A stretch of DNA of 64,000 nt, from positions 3,038,001 to 3,102,000 of the forward strand of contig OZ234493.1 of assembly GCA_965153455.1 (NCBI GenBank), read 5' to 3'. The notes under the pieces were generated by a model that saw nothing but the letters and a program-made list of their open reading frames with translations, had not been told where the DNA came from and ran no database searches. Positions 25,114 to 41,203 of this stretch are shown here, piece after piece. This DNA comes from Sphagnum compactum. Taxonomy: Eukaryota. Position 1 is the stretch's first letter; each line of letters begins with the position of its first letter. The translations under genes and the position numbers were made by a program.

Positions 25114-26592
25114 CTACAGCAGGCAGATCACTCAAACTTTCAGTTATACGACTTCTGAGATAGAGATTTTTATGGCTTTTTCCGGGAAAAAACAAATACC
25201 AGAGACAGATCTCATCAGGGAAAGAGAAACTCAGGGGGGGTACTTGGATACTTACAAGACCTCCAGGTTTGGATAGCCTAGAACATCTGCTGGAAGTTGG
25301 CCAATTAAGTTGCAATTCTCCATTATTCTACACATAAAAAACATTGCCATCAACAGCAGCAGCAGCAACACATACAGTGTGATGAAAGAGCTGGAGGATT
25401 TAACCAATCAACATTGGTTCAAGTGCTTTCAAGAAGCAAAGGCAGTTCTACTCACATTGTTTCCAGCTTCATTGTCTGGTTAAGCCAAGCTGGATAAAGC
25501 TGTTGGGAATATGGGTTATTGCTGAAGTCATGCCATTGTCAAAAAGTAAAAGAAACAATCAAAACCACACAAAAGCAAATGTATGCTCAAAACTAGGAGA
25601 AGGGTCTGGCTTTAGGCCCTTCCAGATTGGAGGCTCGTGTCATCAGGCCGGTAGGCTTAGAGGAGGGGTTGGAAATCTCAAAGCATCTAAAGCTAGACCA
25701 CATGTAAAGAAATGCCTGATTTTTTGTTTCATATTTTCTTTAAGAAAGGAACTTCCAAAATCTGGAAGGCCTAGTTGACAGCCTGTGGGGACCGCAGTTG
25801 CTGCCATGGTAGCTGCAGCAACCACTGAACTACAATCTGATCCAAGGCCCTCATCAACTCCTGCTGAAGCTCTATATATTGGAAGCTGTGACTTGGGCCA
25901 AAGTAAATGCCAGCCAAGATTGGGACAGTGGCAGTCTTCTGTATGGTGCCATTGGATTCAATTGTATTTCACAGTCTTGTTCTATTGAAGATAGCAGCTC
26001 CTTCTTGTTATTTGCAGCATGGAGAGAGGCCTGCACAACACAGTAATTAAAATCATTGACACCCTGTTTGTATAGCCACCTCAGTGAATAGCCCTAAGAG
26101 ACCATATATTCCTCCATATGCCTGTAAATCTCCTGTAAATGAGAGAGATGAAGTTCAAATTAGATTGGAACATAAATGGGCACAATGGTCCCACCTGCTC
26201 TGAAAGATTATGGTTATTTTCAAGTAGACCAGACTACAATGCCAATTTCTGCACATGCATTTAAGAACCACACACTTCACAAGAAAATGCAAACAAGGAA
26301 GGAGGAAAACAAAATGCAAGAACCATCAAATTTTTAGAGCAAAGATAGTTGCAAGTTCTTTAATGCCAATTGGCCCGTAAAGATGTTGATCATGAACAAT
26401 GATCAAAATCTTTAATGCCATAAAGCCCGTAAAGAATAATTAACTCAATCAATGCTATGGTAATCAAAACACAAGAAAATGCGAACAAGGAAGGAGGAAA
26501 ACAAAATGCAAGAACCATCATGTTAACCCCCTAGTGAATGGGGACCAGTTGCTAGGGTTCCAAACCCAATATTACAAACATGCAAACCCTAA

Positions 26593-28745
<2,153 letters not shown>

Positions 28746-31700
28746 TGCTCCTCCTCCTCCTCCTCCTCCTGCTCAGTCCGTTTGCTCTGTTCCAATTTTC
28801 AATAACTACAATTCAGTCACAAACCTGTGAATACAACCCCAGAACACAGAACCTCGAAAACTTGATGGGAACAAATCTAACAACCTGCTCCATTCACCTT
28901 TACTTCAGCTTCCTTCTCTAGCTCTGCAGTACAGGATGTAAGACTGCACATTGACTGTAAAACATCAGATTGGCTGCACTCTCTCCTGTACTTGAGTGTC
29001 ATGCTTGAAAGTTCATAGTTTTCAAAAACTGCAACTGGAACACTCTGTAGCCAAAGCCACATTCTGAATTAGCCTTGTGTCCACATTTCCTACACCGGAT
29101 ATTTTGTGCCTTCTGAGATATACCGGATGTTCACGAGAACATCGACAACAAGCATCTAGATTACTTCTGAGATGCTCAATCCCTGAATCCTGGTGGTACT
29201 TCTGAACTAGCAACTTTACTGTGACATTGCTTGAAAGCACGCTTGATGTAAGCAACAGTATTTTCTTTGTCGCATCCCCATACAGATTTCGTCATAACAG
29301 GTAGTTGTCATTTTCGTAAAGGGTTATTTAAAAGACTAGCCAGTACACTGGAATCAGGTGTTATCCGTGGGCAGAAGTTTGTCAGGTTGAGGTGACAATG
29401 GAGGTGCATGTACATTTGGTACAAACTACACATTTACTCTGGACCCTAACGACTTGGCTCTTAAACCCTGAACCCTTCAAACCCCAAATTGATCAACCCC
29501 CATATACCTCATAAAACACTGTTTTTTTAGCCATATATCTCATAATTAATGTTTTTTTGGGGAGTGAATTATCCCTTTCTTGTAAAAAAATTTAGGATAT
29601 TTTGGACAATGTTACTTTCTAATTTAATTTGAACCAATTTTGCTATTTTGAGGCAAATTTCGAGGAAATTATAACATCATATATATGGCACACTGCTAAG
29701 TTTCAAAACAAAACAATACTTTTTAGAGGGTGAATTTGCGTACCGTAAGTTAGAAATTGGAACTATATGAAGATAAATATGAAAAGACTGGAAATCCTTG
29801 GTTTGTCTATGTCAATTCTTGAAGATAAGAACACCAAAAAGGAAGAAGCCAGAGTTTCTAGACTAGATCCCTGTGGTCAGGGAAAGAAGCTATGGATTAA
29901 CCTAACTGTTTTAATATCAATCCAAGAATTCTTGTGTGAGGGAAGGAGTAGGCGGCTCTGGTCCAATTTCTCAGGTGAATAACAGTTTAAGAACGTGATG
30001 GAATTTTATACTGGAAATATAAGTAGGTCTTCTTGGTGTGGTATAGACTTTTTAATAGACTAGCTAGTCCTTGTATAGGGTGGAAAAGGTATGGGTTTTC
30101 CCCGCCCCTCCTCTCCACTTTCCCATTCCAGGCCGGTACTGGTATTGGGTACTTTCATACCCGTCTGGTCTAGCTATTGGTTTCAAGACACGGACTATTG
30201 ATTACTATGGAGCAAGTATAATCGTATGTACGCATGTTGGGTGAGTATATTGATTTTTAATATATCGGCCAGGTAAGGTTACTGTAATACCTGAATGGAT
30301 TTGGCATAAATTAAATTCTTTTTCATTTTTTCAAATTTTTGAAAAATTATTTAGTATCTGTGCCGAAATTTACATAAAATCAAAAGTTCAACTATCAGGT
30401 TTTAATCACAAACCTTCAAGTACCATCTTAACGACACCCTAGATTTCCACAACCTTGAAAAGCGACTATTTATTATTTTATATGCCCATTGTCTGCCGAA
30501 AATTTCAAAATTAAAACCAAGTGCCAACATTAAAAATTAAAAGATAATTAATTATTCGACAGTTTGTTGCTGAAACCGATTTCAAAAGATCTAATTCAAG
30601 TAAGGAAAAGGGTATATAGGCTATTCAGAATTCTCATTCCCAAGTAAGGGTAAAAGACCATCATTCACCTTTTTGATAGGATAAGGACATGTGTTTTTTT
30701 TTTCAAAGTTTATCATCTAAGTATATGTCGGTAAGTATCAAAATTCTCCAAATTCTCAAACATATTCGAGAGGTTTGTGAAGGAATTTGAAAAGATTAGG
30801 GTGAGAATATTGTTCTTCTTTTGGTGATAATACAAATAACTAATTCTCAACTCTTAACTTTTTTCCTTACTTGAAACTTCAAGCCAAAAACTAATGAAAC
30901 ACAGTTTAATCCTACAAGTTACATTATACACATTCTCATCAAATGGAAAGTGAAAGAAGTACACATGCAACATATGGTAGTGAAGAGTGATCTTAAACTC
31001 AATCATAGGTCATAAAATGCAAAAAGAAATATGAAATAAATACACATGTAATGAAATATATAGGTCTGAAAAGTGTAGTCACACTTACAACTATTGGCTT
31101 TAGCATATTTTGCAGGATGATCCACAATTTTCATGTTTAGATTAGGCAAGCTGGAGAAATGATTTTCATTGGTTCGCATGTGTAGAGGCAGCCAATTAGA
31201 AACAAAATTCCAAACCTTCCGACATATTCCGTACCTTCCATCTGGCATACTTGCTTCAAGAAAAGTACCTAAATTCTCAAAAGGTTCTCAAGAAAGGCCA
31301 TTCTCCTATACAAAAAATCAAGTGTATTTCATGTAGTGTAACACCCTCAGAGTAGGGAGTTCCAGAAGTAAGTGACAGCCGATTACACTAAGAAAAATCT
31401 TGAAGGTTTTTACAATGGGGGGACAACAACACCCCCCCCCCCCCCCACCCCAAAAAACAATGATCCTAAAATTTCACTACTCTCAAGAGGCCCAAAGTCA
31501 AATTGGAATATAAGAGTTATTGTATAGTTTCCCAATTAGGGGACGAGAACGGCCAATTTCAACATAATAGGGCACCAAACATGTAACTGGGAATGAAATT
31601 TTTACAAAGCGAAATAACTAGGACCCCAACTAGTTTTTTCCACCAATTTTGGTGATAAACTGAGTTTCATCCTGTCTTTCTTTTTTTCCTGAGCGCCTCC

Positions 31701-33454
31701 ACCGCTGCTACATATATTTTCACTACTCCTCCCTGTACAAGTACTAACCTCGAACCTTGTGCATTAAATGTTGAAACGGGGATTTAATAAAATTTCCGTA
31801 CTTTGTGGATACCACTGAAAGAGTGGATAGGGGGATTTGTAAGGTGCAAGAGGAAGGAATTCGTACACTTTATCCTTAAGAGAGAGATTTTGCACCAATA
31901 TATAAATAATTAATCATTTTTTTCCTCTCACTCTTCAGGAGTAGGCATAAGATTTGCCATCCTCTCTCTCTTTTGTATGGGAGTAATATCTATAGACAAA
32001 GAAGGTGCACTCCAAATACAACGGTTGCACAATTGGGTCTGAGTTTGTCACACAACTAACTGATTGTTTGGTTATAGGCTCTAGATGAAGACAGGAGGTG
32101 TTTTATTTTTTAAAATATAAATATTTTTTAAATAAATATTATTTTAAATTTTTTTTAGATTATTTATTCCCAAGCAATCATGTGGGGCACCAAGAGTGGC
32201 ACATGTCATCATCTTCATTGTCGTGAATAAAACCAAACACGGACCACACTCCTCTTCTGGAGCCTCTAGACTTCCCAAAATCATTTAACCATGGCTCTTT
32301 AGACAAGGACCCACCAACCCGAACAGTTGTAGATCCATAATTCTTGTGGGCCCTTGAGGAGGATCCTCTCAATTATTCAGGATTGAGTTTAGCCTCATAG
32401 CTTGAAGGGGGGGAGGGGTGTAATATTCCTATGTTGAAAACTTCATAATTCTACAAATACACAGTTCAAACTTTAAATAAATATATTAGTTGACAAACAC
32501 TTGCCAAATCCATTTGGGGACTATGATAGGTTTAGAAGAATCCACATCATAATGACAAGTGGAGAGTAAATGATATCAGTTGGCTTTGAACATGTATTTT
32601 TTTCTTTAACTACATTAGATAGAGAAATAAAATAAGAAAAAAAGAAAGATTAGGGAAGGTGGGGTTAGCGATCATATTTTCGAGAAACATTGTGATTTAT
32701 ATACATTACATACCACTATGTAACCATGTCTTTTTCCATTTTTTCCCTTTTCCAATTTCATGGTTTCAAAACTTATGGCTTGCTTTATGTTGAATTTACA
32801 CAAAAAACCGAAAATTTACAACTTTATATATATTGTAGACACAGTGTAAAATTTGGCGAAAAAAATATTCACTAGTAGGTAAACTAAATAAATAAATAAA
32901 TATATAGAGTTAAATTTGGTTTATGTCATCCTACCACTTTTTCAAGTTCATTATTTGCACTAAAAAATAGAATTATGGTTTTAAACAAATTTCTTCTAGC
33001 AGAAGTATGTGACATAATGCCCACCCACGTCACTTTTTCGTCACATCACAGATTCTCACAAAATTTAATGTTATGTGGGAATTTAACTATTCCTTAGTAG
33101 GCTGCCATGGCATGCAGCTTTGGCACTAATTATGATATTTTCATCAATGATGCAATTTTCACCCGAAAGCGATCTCCCAAAGAAAAAGATACATTTTGTG
33201 AAGGAAAAGATTGAACCTTGAAGAATATGTCCCATTTGTCAAAATGAAAATGTTAGAATTGATTAAGGATTTGATGAGCATTTGTCTCGAAGTTCACAAG
33301 GTATTATGTACTAGAGAGTCGGCACTGGGAGTTATGCAGTACAATGGGAAAAGAGAAAGGTGGGAGGCAATGTTTTTATTGGCCTTGCCTTGGTAGGCAA
33401 GAAAATTGTGTTTAGATTCATTATATAGTATAGTAGCTTAAGGTATTTTGGCCC

Positions 33455-34300
33455 CTAGGTAATAATAGGCCTCTTTTCAAGCATCTCAATTCTCTCTTGC
33501 TCAACTGCAGCTACTGGTCGTAGCTTTGCATCTTTCGCTTTCAGTTCACGCTCCATCTGTCTCACCCTCAATTCAAGCTCCAGAATTCTTTTTACTTCAT
33601 CATTACCTTTCTCACCCTCTTTACGAGATCCTTCTGAGATGTTCTTACTGGTCTTAGCTGTTGTTGCTGTGACATAAATGCCTGCATCATCTTCAGTCAT
33701 ATCCATAGTCTGCCTTGATTGGTTTTTCTTGTCATCTGGTCATTATCTAGTTCAGTACTTAAAACTCTTTGGTCATGAAGTGTGCTTTGCAGCATTGGGG
33801 GATCATCACAGACTTTTATGTCTTCCAAAGCAGATTCAGTCTTTTGGCTCTCATCCTCTAACTCCATGTCTAGGAGATCATCAGCCTCATCCTCTAAGTC
33901 CAAGGGTGATCATTGGTTTCACACTTTTTGACATTAACAACCTCCCAGAAATTTGATAGTGCATTTGGAGGGCACCTCACCAGCACAATTTCTCACTTCC
34001 TCCTGGATTGGGAGATCTCCCATAATCTCTCTGGTGTACAAGACTACATATGTTAGCCTTAACCATAAATTAGGAGCCCATGGGCAATGGGGGCTTTGAG
34101 CTTAGGCCCATTAATGTATACAAACATGGACTATAAGTACAGGCAACTTTTCCTTGGTGGTAAGTACTATCGAATAAGTAGCAAATTCTGGTAGAGCCAA
34201 TCCATAGAATAATGCTCTAGTTTTTTTCATTATTAGACATCAGTGCAAAGGCATTGATGGAGATCAGAGTATGCAATTTGGAACCATGTTTGCATATATT
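33455..34300 (-). mobile_element. Decayed retroelement-like ORF remnant (possibly LINE ORF1 C-terminal part)
   Basis: Overlapping frameshifted acidic/coiled-coil ORFs 33697-33903 and 33455-33706 run into a dispersed repeat core also present at ~42850 and ~45815. No splice model was found. Confidence 0.3.
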
Positions 34301-36177
34301 TCATATGGATAAATTATGCATTGGAATTTGGGTGGTGTCCCAACAAACTAATGACCTAATGTAGAGGGGGGGGCTTTTATTGCCCACCTTGGGAAGTGAT
34401 TGTAACTCCCCCCAAAAAAAAAAACAACCCCCATTTGATAGCCTATACCATCTATTGATTTAGGTCCTAAACACACACATCCTTTGTTGGCTTTGCCTGT
34501 GAGGGATGACCCATTTATGACTCCATTATGGATGAACCACAACTGAGTTACCAAGGTTCCAATCTTACTTGTGAAACCTTTTTACTTCTACTTCACACTA
34601 CACTGGTAAAACCAACTATGCTTTAAAGTATGTAGGGTTTACCGTGGTAAGTGGTTTGCTGCGCGTGTAGATAGAACAAATAGGTTTGAGAAGGTTTGTT
34701 CTATCTACATGGCAACCATTGTTCTATTTGTTCTTTCACATAAGCATAGATAGCTTGAAAGAAAAAGTACTTGGGCATATATCTCCATAAGTAGGAAAAG
34801 GGAGGGAAATGAATTGATATTTTGCTTATTTCAAAAATAGATTCCATTATTAAGTATCTCAATTTATCTCATTCATATGTAATTTAAGTTAAGCTGCATT
34901 TATAACCTTATGTTAATGAATATGAACTGCTGTGTACAAAACAAATGAAATAATTTAAATTACAAACATGTATAAAAAACTTTGTATAGGTTGAAATCAT
35001 ATTTTTTTCAGGTCAAAATTTGGCGATTGTTTTCCAAAAATATATAAAAAAACATTGCTCACCAATGGCCTAGAAGTTCCACACATCTCATTCCCCAACA
35101 CATAAAATTCTTGTTCACAAACTCCACGTCCAAAAAGAAAGGCCCAACTTGTAAAATAATGTAGCTTTCAAAGTCCTAATGTCTGTAAGGCCCTCATGCT
35201 TGAGGCCCTTGAACTTTCATGTCTTAGCCCCTTGGGCCTTCATGTCTTAATAGGGTTTTATTATTTCATGTCTCAATCCCTTGGACCCTAATGTCTTACA
35301 CTTCTACCAGCCTTCAAGTTCTCGCGTCCTAAGTTGTTTGGGCCTTGAAGTTCTAGCCTTGCACAGGTGTGAAGTCCTAGGACTTCAAACCCTAAGGTGT
35401 AAGGACCAATGTCCTTAGCCCCAGTTGTTGCCTTTTGACAACACTTTAAAGAGGTTAATTGTTTCATTTTCTTGAACGGGCAAATTGTAAAACATGCAAT
35501 TTTGTGTTAAAAGCTTCATATTCATGCACAACCATGGAAGTTGTCAAGTGGATCATGGAGTTAGAGTTGTTGAAAGAACTCAAGTTAATTGTAATAGCAC
35601 ATTTTCAAAATGGAGTTGGTGGGTTCAACTAAATGGCCAATAGCAAAAAGAAAAGTTGATGAAATGAATGTGCACTTCAATGTGCGGTGTTCATGTGTGA
35701 AAAGATTGCTATCAATTTTGACATTGGTGTAATTATTAAACCAAATTTGAGTAACCTTTCTATGAGAAACCATAATCTTACAAGGTAAAGTTTTGTAGCC
35801 AAACAAACTTTTTCATATTTTCAATGATTGTTTGATATTCAATGTTTCTTAATGAAAGCGAGATTGTTGGTTCAATTGATGATCACTAAGAGATCATCAT
35901 CAATCCACCGAGTTGGAATACATATTCCATCGTTGATCCTTTTCTATCAATAGCCCTAGCCCAATCATCAACAAAACCTTCTAGTTGGATACTCCCATCA
36001 TTAGAAATCCAATATATGCAATTGGTAAAACACCCATGGAGGCCACCCTCCCTTTTTGCCCTCTATATCAAGGCTTACATTTGATACACAATGAAATCAA
36101 GGTTGGTTCTACGGGTGTTCATCCTAAAAGTCCTTCATTGTCCATCTCAAATCCATTTGTCAAAACCCAATGAGCCA

Positions 36178-36737
36178 AGATGAATTGCACAATCCACGAA
36201 GAGAAAGTTGTTTTCTATGTGCATGTTAAGCAACCCTAAGATAGTTCTAGTTCTTCTATGAGTGAAGATGAATTGCACAATCCATTAAAGAAGAAACTTG
36301 TTCTCTATGTGCATGTTAAGCAACCCTAAAATAGTTTTTGTATGAGTGAGGATGAATTGCACAATCCATTAAGAAGAAAGTTGTTCTCTATGTGCATGTT
36401 AAGACACTAAAATAGTTCTTGTACGAGTGAGGATGAATTGCACAATCCATTAAGAAAGAATGTTGTTATGTATGTGCATGTTAAGCAACCCTAAAATAGT
36501 TCTTCTCTAAGTGAGGAATAATTGCAAACCTTGTTCTCTAATGTGCATGTTAAGCAACCCTAAAATAGTTCTTCTCTAAGTGAGGAATAATTGCACACCT
36601 TGTTCTCTAATGTGCATGTTAAGCAACCCTAAAATAGTTCTTCTTTGAGTGAGGAATAATTGCAAACCTTGTTCTCTAATGTGCATGTTAAGCAACCCTA
36701 AAATAGTTCTTCCATGAGCGAGGATTAATTGCAAACC
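36178..36737. repeat. Minisatellite, ~7 units of 69-89 bp
   Basis: Core TTGTTCTCTA(A)TGTGCATGTTAAGCAACCCTAAAATAGTTCTT repeated; four longer units are followed by three shorter, near-identical units. Confidence 0.93.
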
Positions 36738-37112
36738 ATTGACCTTTTGGGTTAGAATACTGATTAGATACTAGTAAGGGTTTAGTTTGAATTTGAACTT
36801 GAGCTTCATGTATGAGGAGCACATACTTTTGGAACAAGAACTTTTGTTTTGTATCTTCTTGCAATTGGATGTGGTGGTTGTGAAGCTGAACAAAGAAAAA
36901 AAAAGAAAAAACCCCCCAACAAGAGTTTCTCTCTTTCTGATTGACATCACGTAATGAGGGCTATGTCCATTCTGCAAGAACCTACATCATAAGGATTGGA
37001 TTGTCTTACACTAAAGCACATTCATGTTAGCTTGTGTACCATTTGCAAGCTTCCATGGGTGGACAAGTTTGGGAGATACCTCGTTTCGCCATCGTCACCA
37101 TGAGCTGGGAAA

Positions 37113-38356
37113 TCATATTGTACTCGGAGTTGGAAATGTGCTAATCCTTTCTTCATGAGCAGCAGCTGAATTCCTGTTGCTAATTAATCTCGGTAGTTGT
37201 TGCAATTGTGATGATGGCTGTGGTGGGGAGGAGGAGGAGGAAGACTTCATGATGATGTTGTTGTTGCTGTTCTTCTGTGTTGGGAATAGCAGCAGACTCA
37301 TGCGGCAGAGTGGACATGTCGAGTTGTTTGCAAGCCATTCATCAACACAAGCTTTATGGAAGATGTGACTGCATACTGGCAGTTGCTGCAAAGTTTCGTT
37401 CTTTTGGTAATCTCCCAAGCACACTACACATCTGCAACAGACAGCAGCAGACATAATTGTTACTATTGAAGAATGTGCATGAATCAATGAGTGAGGGGAG
37501 CTTCACATAGGTAACGAAATCTGAGAATCAAATCAATGTGTTTTTTGATAACCCACTGCTAAATTTCTTGCCAAAGGAAAAACAAATCTGCTGGGGTGGG
37601 TCGGTGGGGTTCTTCGTCAAGCTTGATAAAGAAGAAAGATTAGTATCATAGATGCTCACTGATTGTCCATGAGTACTGTGGCAGAAGTAGAAGAAGAGGA
37701 TTTTGTTGTCAATTTTTCATTGTAGATAATGACTGGTAGTCCATCCCGGATTGACTTCTTCAAGCCTCTTCTTGGCTGCAGCAGCAGCATCCATCATCAT
37801 CATCCCCATTCCCCCCATCATGCAACACATGAGAAAACAAAACAGATGTGAGTTCTAAGGGAATAATTCCAAATCCTCCTGCCAAATGTTCTCACATGTC
37901 TAAGAACTTCTGTCTAGATCAGAAAGTCTCAAGAGAAAATAATGTCAAGAGAAAGTGAAAATCTCTTTTGGTTTCCTGACGGTATTATTGTGGAAGAGAT
38001 CATATGGCAATAGGAGATTGGTTTCTTACAACAGCAAAGAGGGTGCTTGGAATGAACCGGCTCAAGCTGCTCCTTGTTGTTGCTGTTGTTGCTGTTGTTG
38101 TTGGGGAGTTGTTGTGATCAACATGTGAAGCTGAATCTGCTGCTTGTAGTATGAGAAGACAATGTCGGCGTAAACAGATGAGGAGGAAGAGAAACAAGAG
38201 GACAAAGGTGATCAGGATTGGTGTTGCCAAAACAAAAGCTTGATAGACCTTGAGATGTGGTGTTGTTGTTGTTGATGCAGAAGAAGAAGAAGAAGACCCA
38301 TCCACCACCGGCCGAGGAGTACAGCATCCCACATTATTATCATCATCATCTCCCAT
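37113..38356 (-). CDS. ATL-family RING-H2 E3 ubiquitin ligase (ATL7/58/59-like), 3 exons, ~253 aa
   Basis: Exons 38356-38030, 37775-37660 and 37431-37113 are GT-AG and in phase (762 nt). N-terminal TM segment (KVYQAFVLATPILITFVLLFLFLLICLRR), GLD-like motif GLKKSIRDGLPVIIY, and RING-H2 CVVC...CSHIFHKACVDEWLANNSTCPLC. Confidence 0.9.
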
Positions 38357-38805
38357 TTGTTTGTATGTATGTATGTAACAAACAATCAAACTCCTCCTCT
38401 CAAGAATTCTGCAAAACTGATCCTTTTCTGTTTCTCGCTTATTTTTTTGGATCTTGGGTTGTTGTGTTTCTAGAGACTGGATCTTCTTTCTCTGAAGAAC
38501 AAGAAGAAGAAGAAGAAGAAGAAGAAGACAAAGGAAAGCTCCAGCTAACAACAAGCTTGTTTTTGTCTTGTTTTTTTGGTTTACATTCCACCAGCAGATC
38601 AAGAACAAAATTGTCGGTTTTGTGATCAGCTGAAGATTAAGCTTTCCAAATTTGCACACAAAAGACACCCAAAATTCCACACACAAAACCAAGAAGTCTC
38701 CTTTACAAGCTCAGAACACCAATCTGCAGCAAGCAAGCAAAGCAAAGCAAAGCAAAGCAACAAGAACAAGAACAAGAACAAGAAAACTGTGAACTTGGCC
38801 TAAAT

Positions 38806-38836
<31 letters not shown>

Positions 38837-40850
38837 ACATAAAAAACCCAACACCAAAATGCTTCTGCTTTTTGTGTTTGGAAGAATCCAAGCTTGAAGT
38901 TGGATCATCTGAGCAAGCTTTTGCTTTATATGGGAAAACAAATCCAATCCCAGCTGCAGAAATCCCAACTCTCTCAAGCTTTTTTTTAAAAATAAAATAA
39001 AATTTAATAATAAAGAAATATAAATTATTATTATTTCTTTATAATTAATTAAGTAAGTAATATTTATTTATTTTATTATTATTATCTTTATGGTACAAAA
39101 AATTTCCATTCTGGAATGCAAATTTGTAGAAAAAAGTATGAACTAATCAAATCCCCTCCCTCTCTCCTCTGTGCCCACAATCAATCAGTCAATCAATCAA
39201 TCAAACAAACCAACCAAGAATAATAATATGAATTCATTAATTAAAATTAATTTTTATAATTATAAATAATAATACTAATAATAATAAATTAATTTTTTTA
39301 AAATTAAAAAAAAAAAAAAAACTGAACCTTAACATTAGCAGGGAAACAGTAGTGTTTTGGCAGAGAAAAGTTTCCTCTTTATATTATTATTATTATTCTA
39401 TTATTGTTCTGATGTAGTACTTTAGTAGTACCCCCAATATAAACTAGAAATATGGGGGAGACATGGAGGATAAGTTTCTGTCTCCCTTAACTATTTTATT
39501 TTATTTTATTATTATATTATATTATTATATTATTATATTTATTATTTTTTTTCTGTCCTTAATCTTAAAAAGCCCTTTAGCAGCCTGGGAGAAAGGACAC
39601 CACCACCACCACCACCCATCAAGCCTCCCCAGGAGGGTTTTCTTTTTTTTGTCTTTTTTTCTTTTCCCCCTCAATTTTTTAATATGGAAAAAAAAATTGT
39701 GAAAATTTCCCCCAAAAATAAATTAGTAAAATTAGTCCAATATTAATTTGAAACTATAAAAAATTAGTCCAAATTCTTAGTTTTTCTTTCTTTCAATTTT
39801 GTGATGACTATAGTAGTCAAAAAAAGTGGTGATTCATCAATAAGATGATTTTAGCCAAAATTTTCAATTTAAAATATGAAAATAAATAAATACAAGAGGA
39901 TTGATTCTTTTATTTTGTTTTTTTATTTGCTTCTTGTAACCAAAAACTTTGGCTTAAGTCCTCTTGTTGGATGATCACCATATCACCTACCTCACAAAAT
40001 AATAACTAATTAAATATTTATATTTACATTTAGAATAATTTTTTAAACTAATTAACTAACTACATTTCTTGGTATCATGTCTAGTGGTGGAGGTGAGTGT
40101 TTTTTTCTTTTCTTTTCTTTTTTCCAACAAGAATTTTGCCCTTTCTTTTGACAAAAAAATTGGGGAATTTCTTGGATTTTTTTAATTTTTTTTTTCTAGT
40201 GGAAATAAAATTATTCACCAATGTTTCTATGTGTTAAAATAAAAATAAAAAAATAATAATAAATAAATAAAAAATAAATAAAAAACCCTGGTACTACAGG
40301 TGCTCCCATACCCAATGCCCCCATCAGAGTGCACAGGAGTCAGAGCAAGCTGCAGGCCTAGTTCAGGAAACCAAGGGCCAGAGTGAAGCAGCACCCACCA
40401 GTAGTAGTACTGCACCCACATGCAGGAAGGAAGGAAGGAAGGAAGGAAGGAAGGAAGGATGGATGGATGGATGGATGGATGGATGAGGTATGGACAGAAA
40501 ACTTTCTTCTTCATTTTTTTTTCATTGAATTCCTATCCCATAGCTAACCACAGACTATGGTTAGCTATGTACTAACTACTAACTAACCATCATCCATATG
40601 CATCTACCTACGTAGTAGTAGACGCCACCGAGTAAGTGCCTTGTACCATTGCCCCACTCAAATTACCCGCAAACCCTAAACCCTAAACCCTAAACCTGGT
40701 AGTAGTAACCCACCTAAGTTTGTTACCTACTTACCTACTTGCATGGTCATAGCGCTTTGCATTTTGTACCTACTTACCTATGGATACGTACCACCCATTT
40801 GCATTGGTAGTTTAACAAAGTAGGGTGAAGTAGGACGGGGTTTACAAGAT

Positions 40851-41120
40851 AGGTTTAGGGTTTAGGGTTTAAAACATTGGTAACTCGAACATGGATGAAT
40901 TATGGATGAAGTTGTGGATGAAGTTGGGTCACATCTTAGTGTGACTTTGCAACCATCCATATACATAGAGAGAGAGAGAAAACAACAACACAAATTACAT
41001 TGAGATGATGTGCATTGCATTACAAGATCGGTTTAGGGTTTAACCTTGGTAAGTCCAACATGGATGAGTTATGGATGAAGTTGGGTCACATCCTAGTGTG
41101 ACTTTGCAACCATCCATATT

Positions 41121-41168
<48 letters not shown>

Positions 41169-41203
41169 ACAACACAAATTACATTGAGGTGATGTGCATT
41201 GCA
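40851..41203. repeat. Tandem duplication (~180 bp unit), each unit headed by TTTAGGG telomere-like repeats
   Basis: Two copies of GGTTTAGGGTTTA...AACATGGATGA.TTATGGATGAAGTTG...GTCACATC.TAGTGTGACTTTGCAACCATCCATAT...(GA)n...CACAAATTACATTGAG.TGATGTGCATTGCA. Confidence 0.85.

Noticed and set aside
36178-36737. CRISPR-like appearance of the regular repeat (also 63745-64000)
   Set aside because: The units are repeated in full without unique spacers, there are no cas genes, and the context is eukaryotic.
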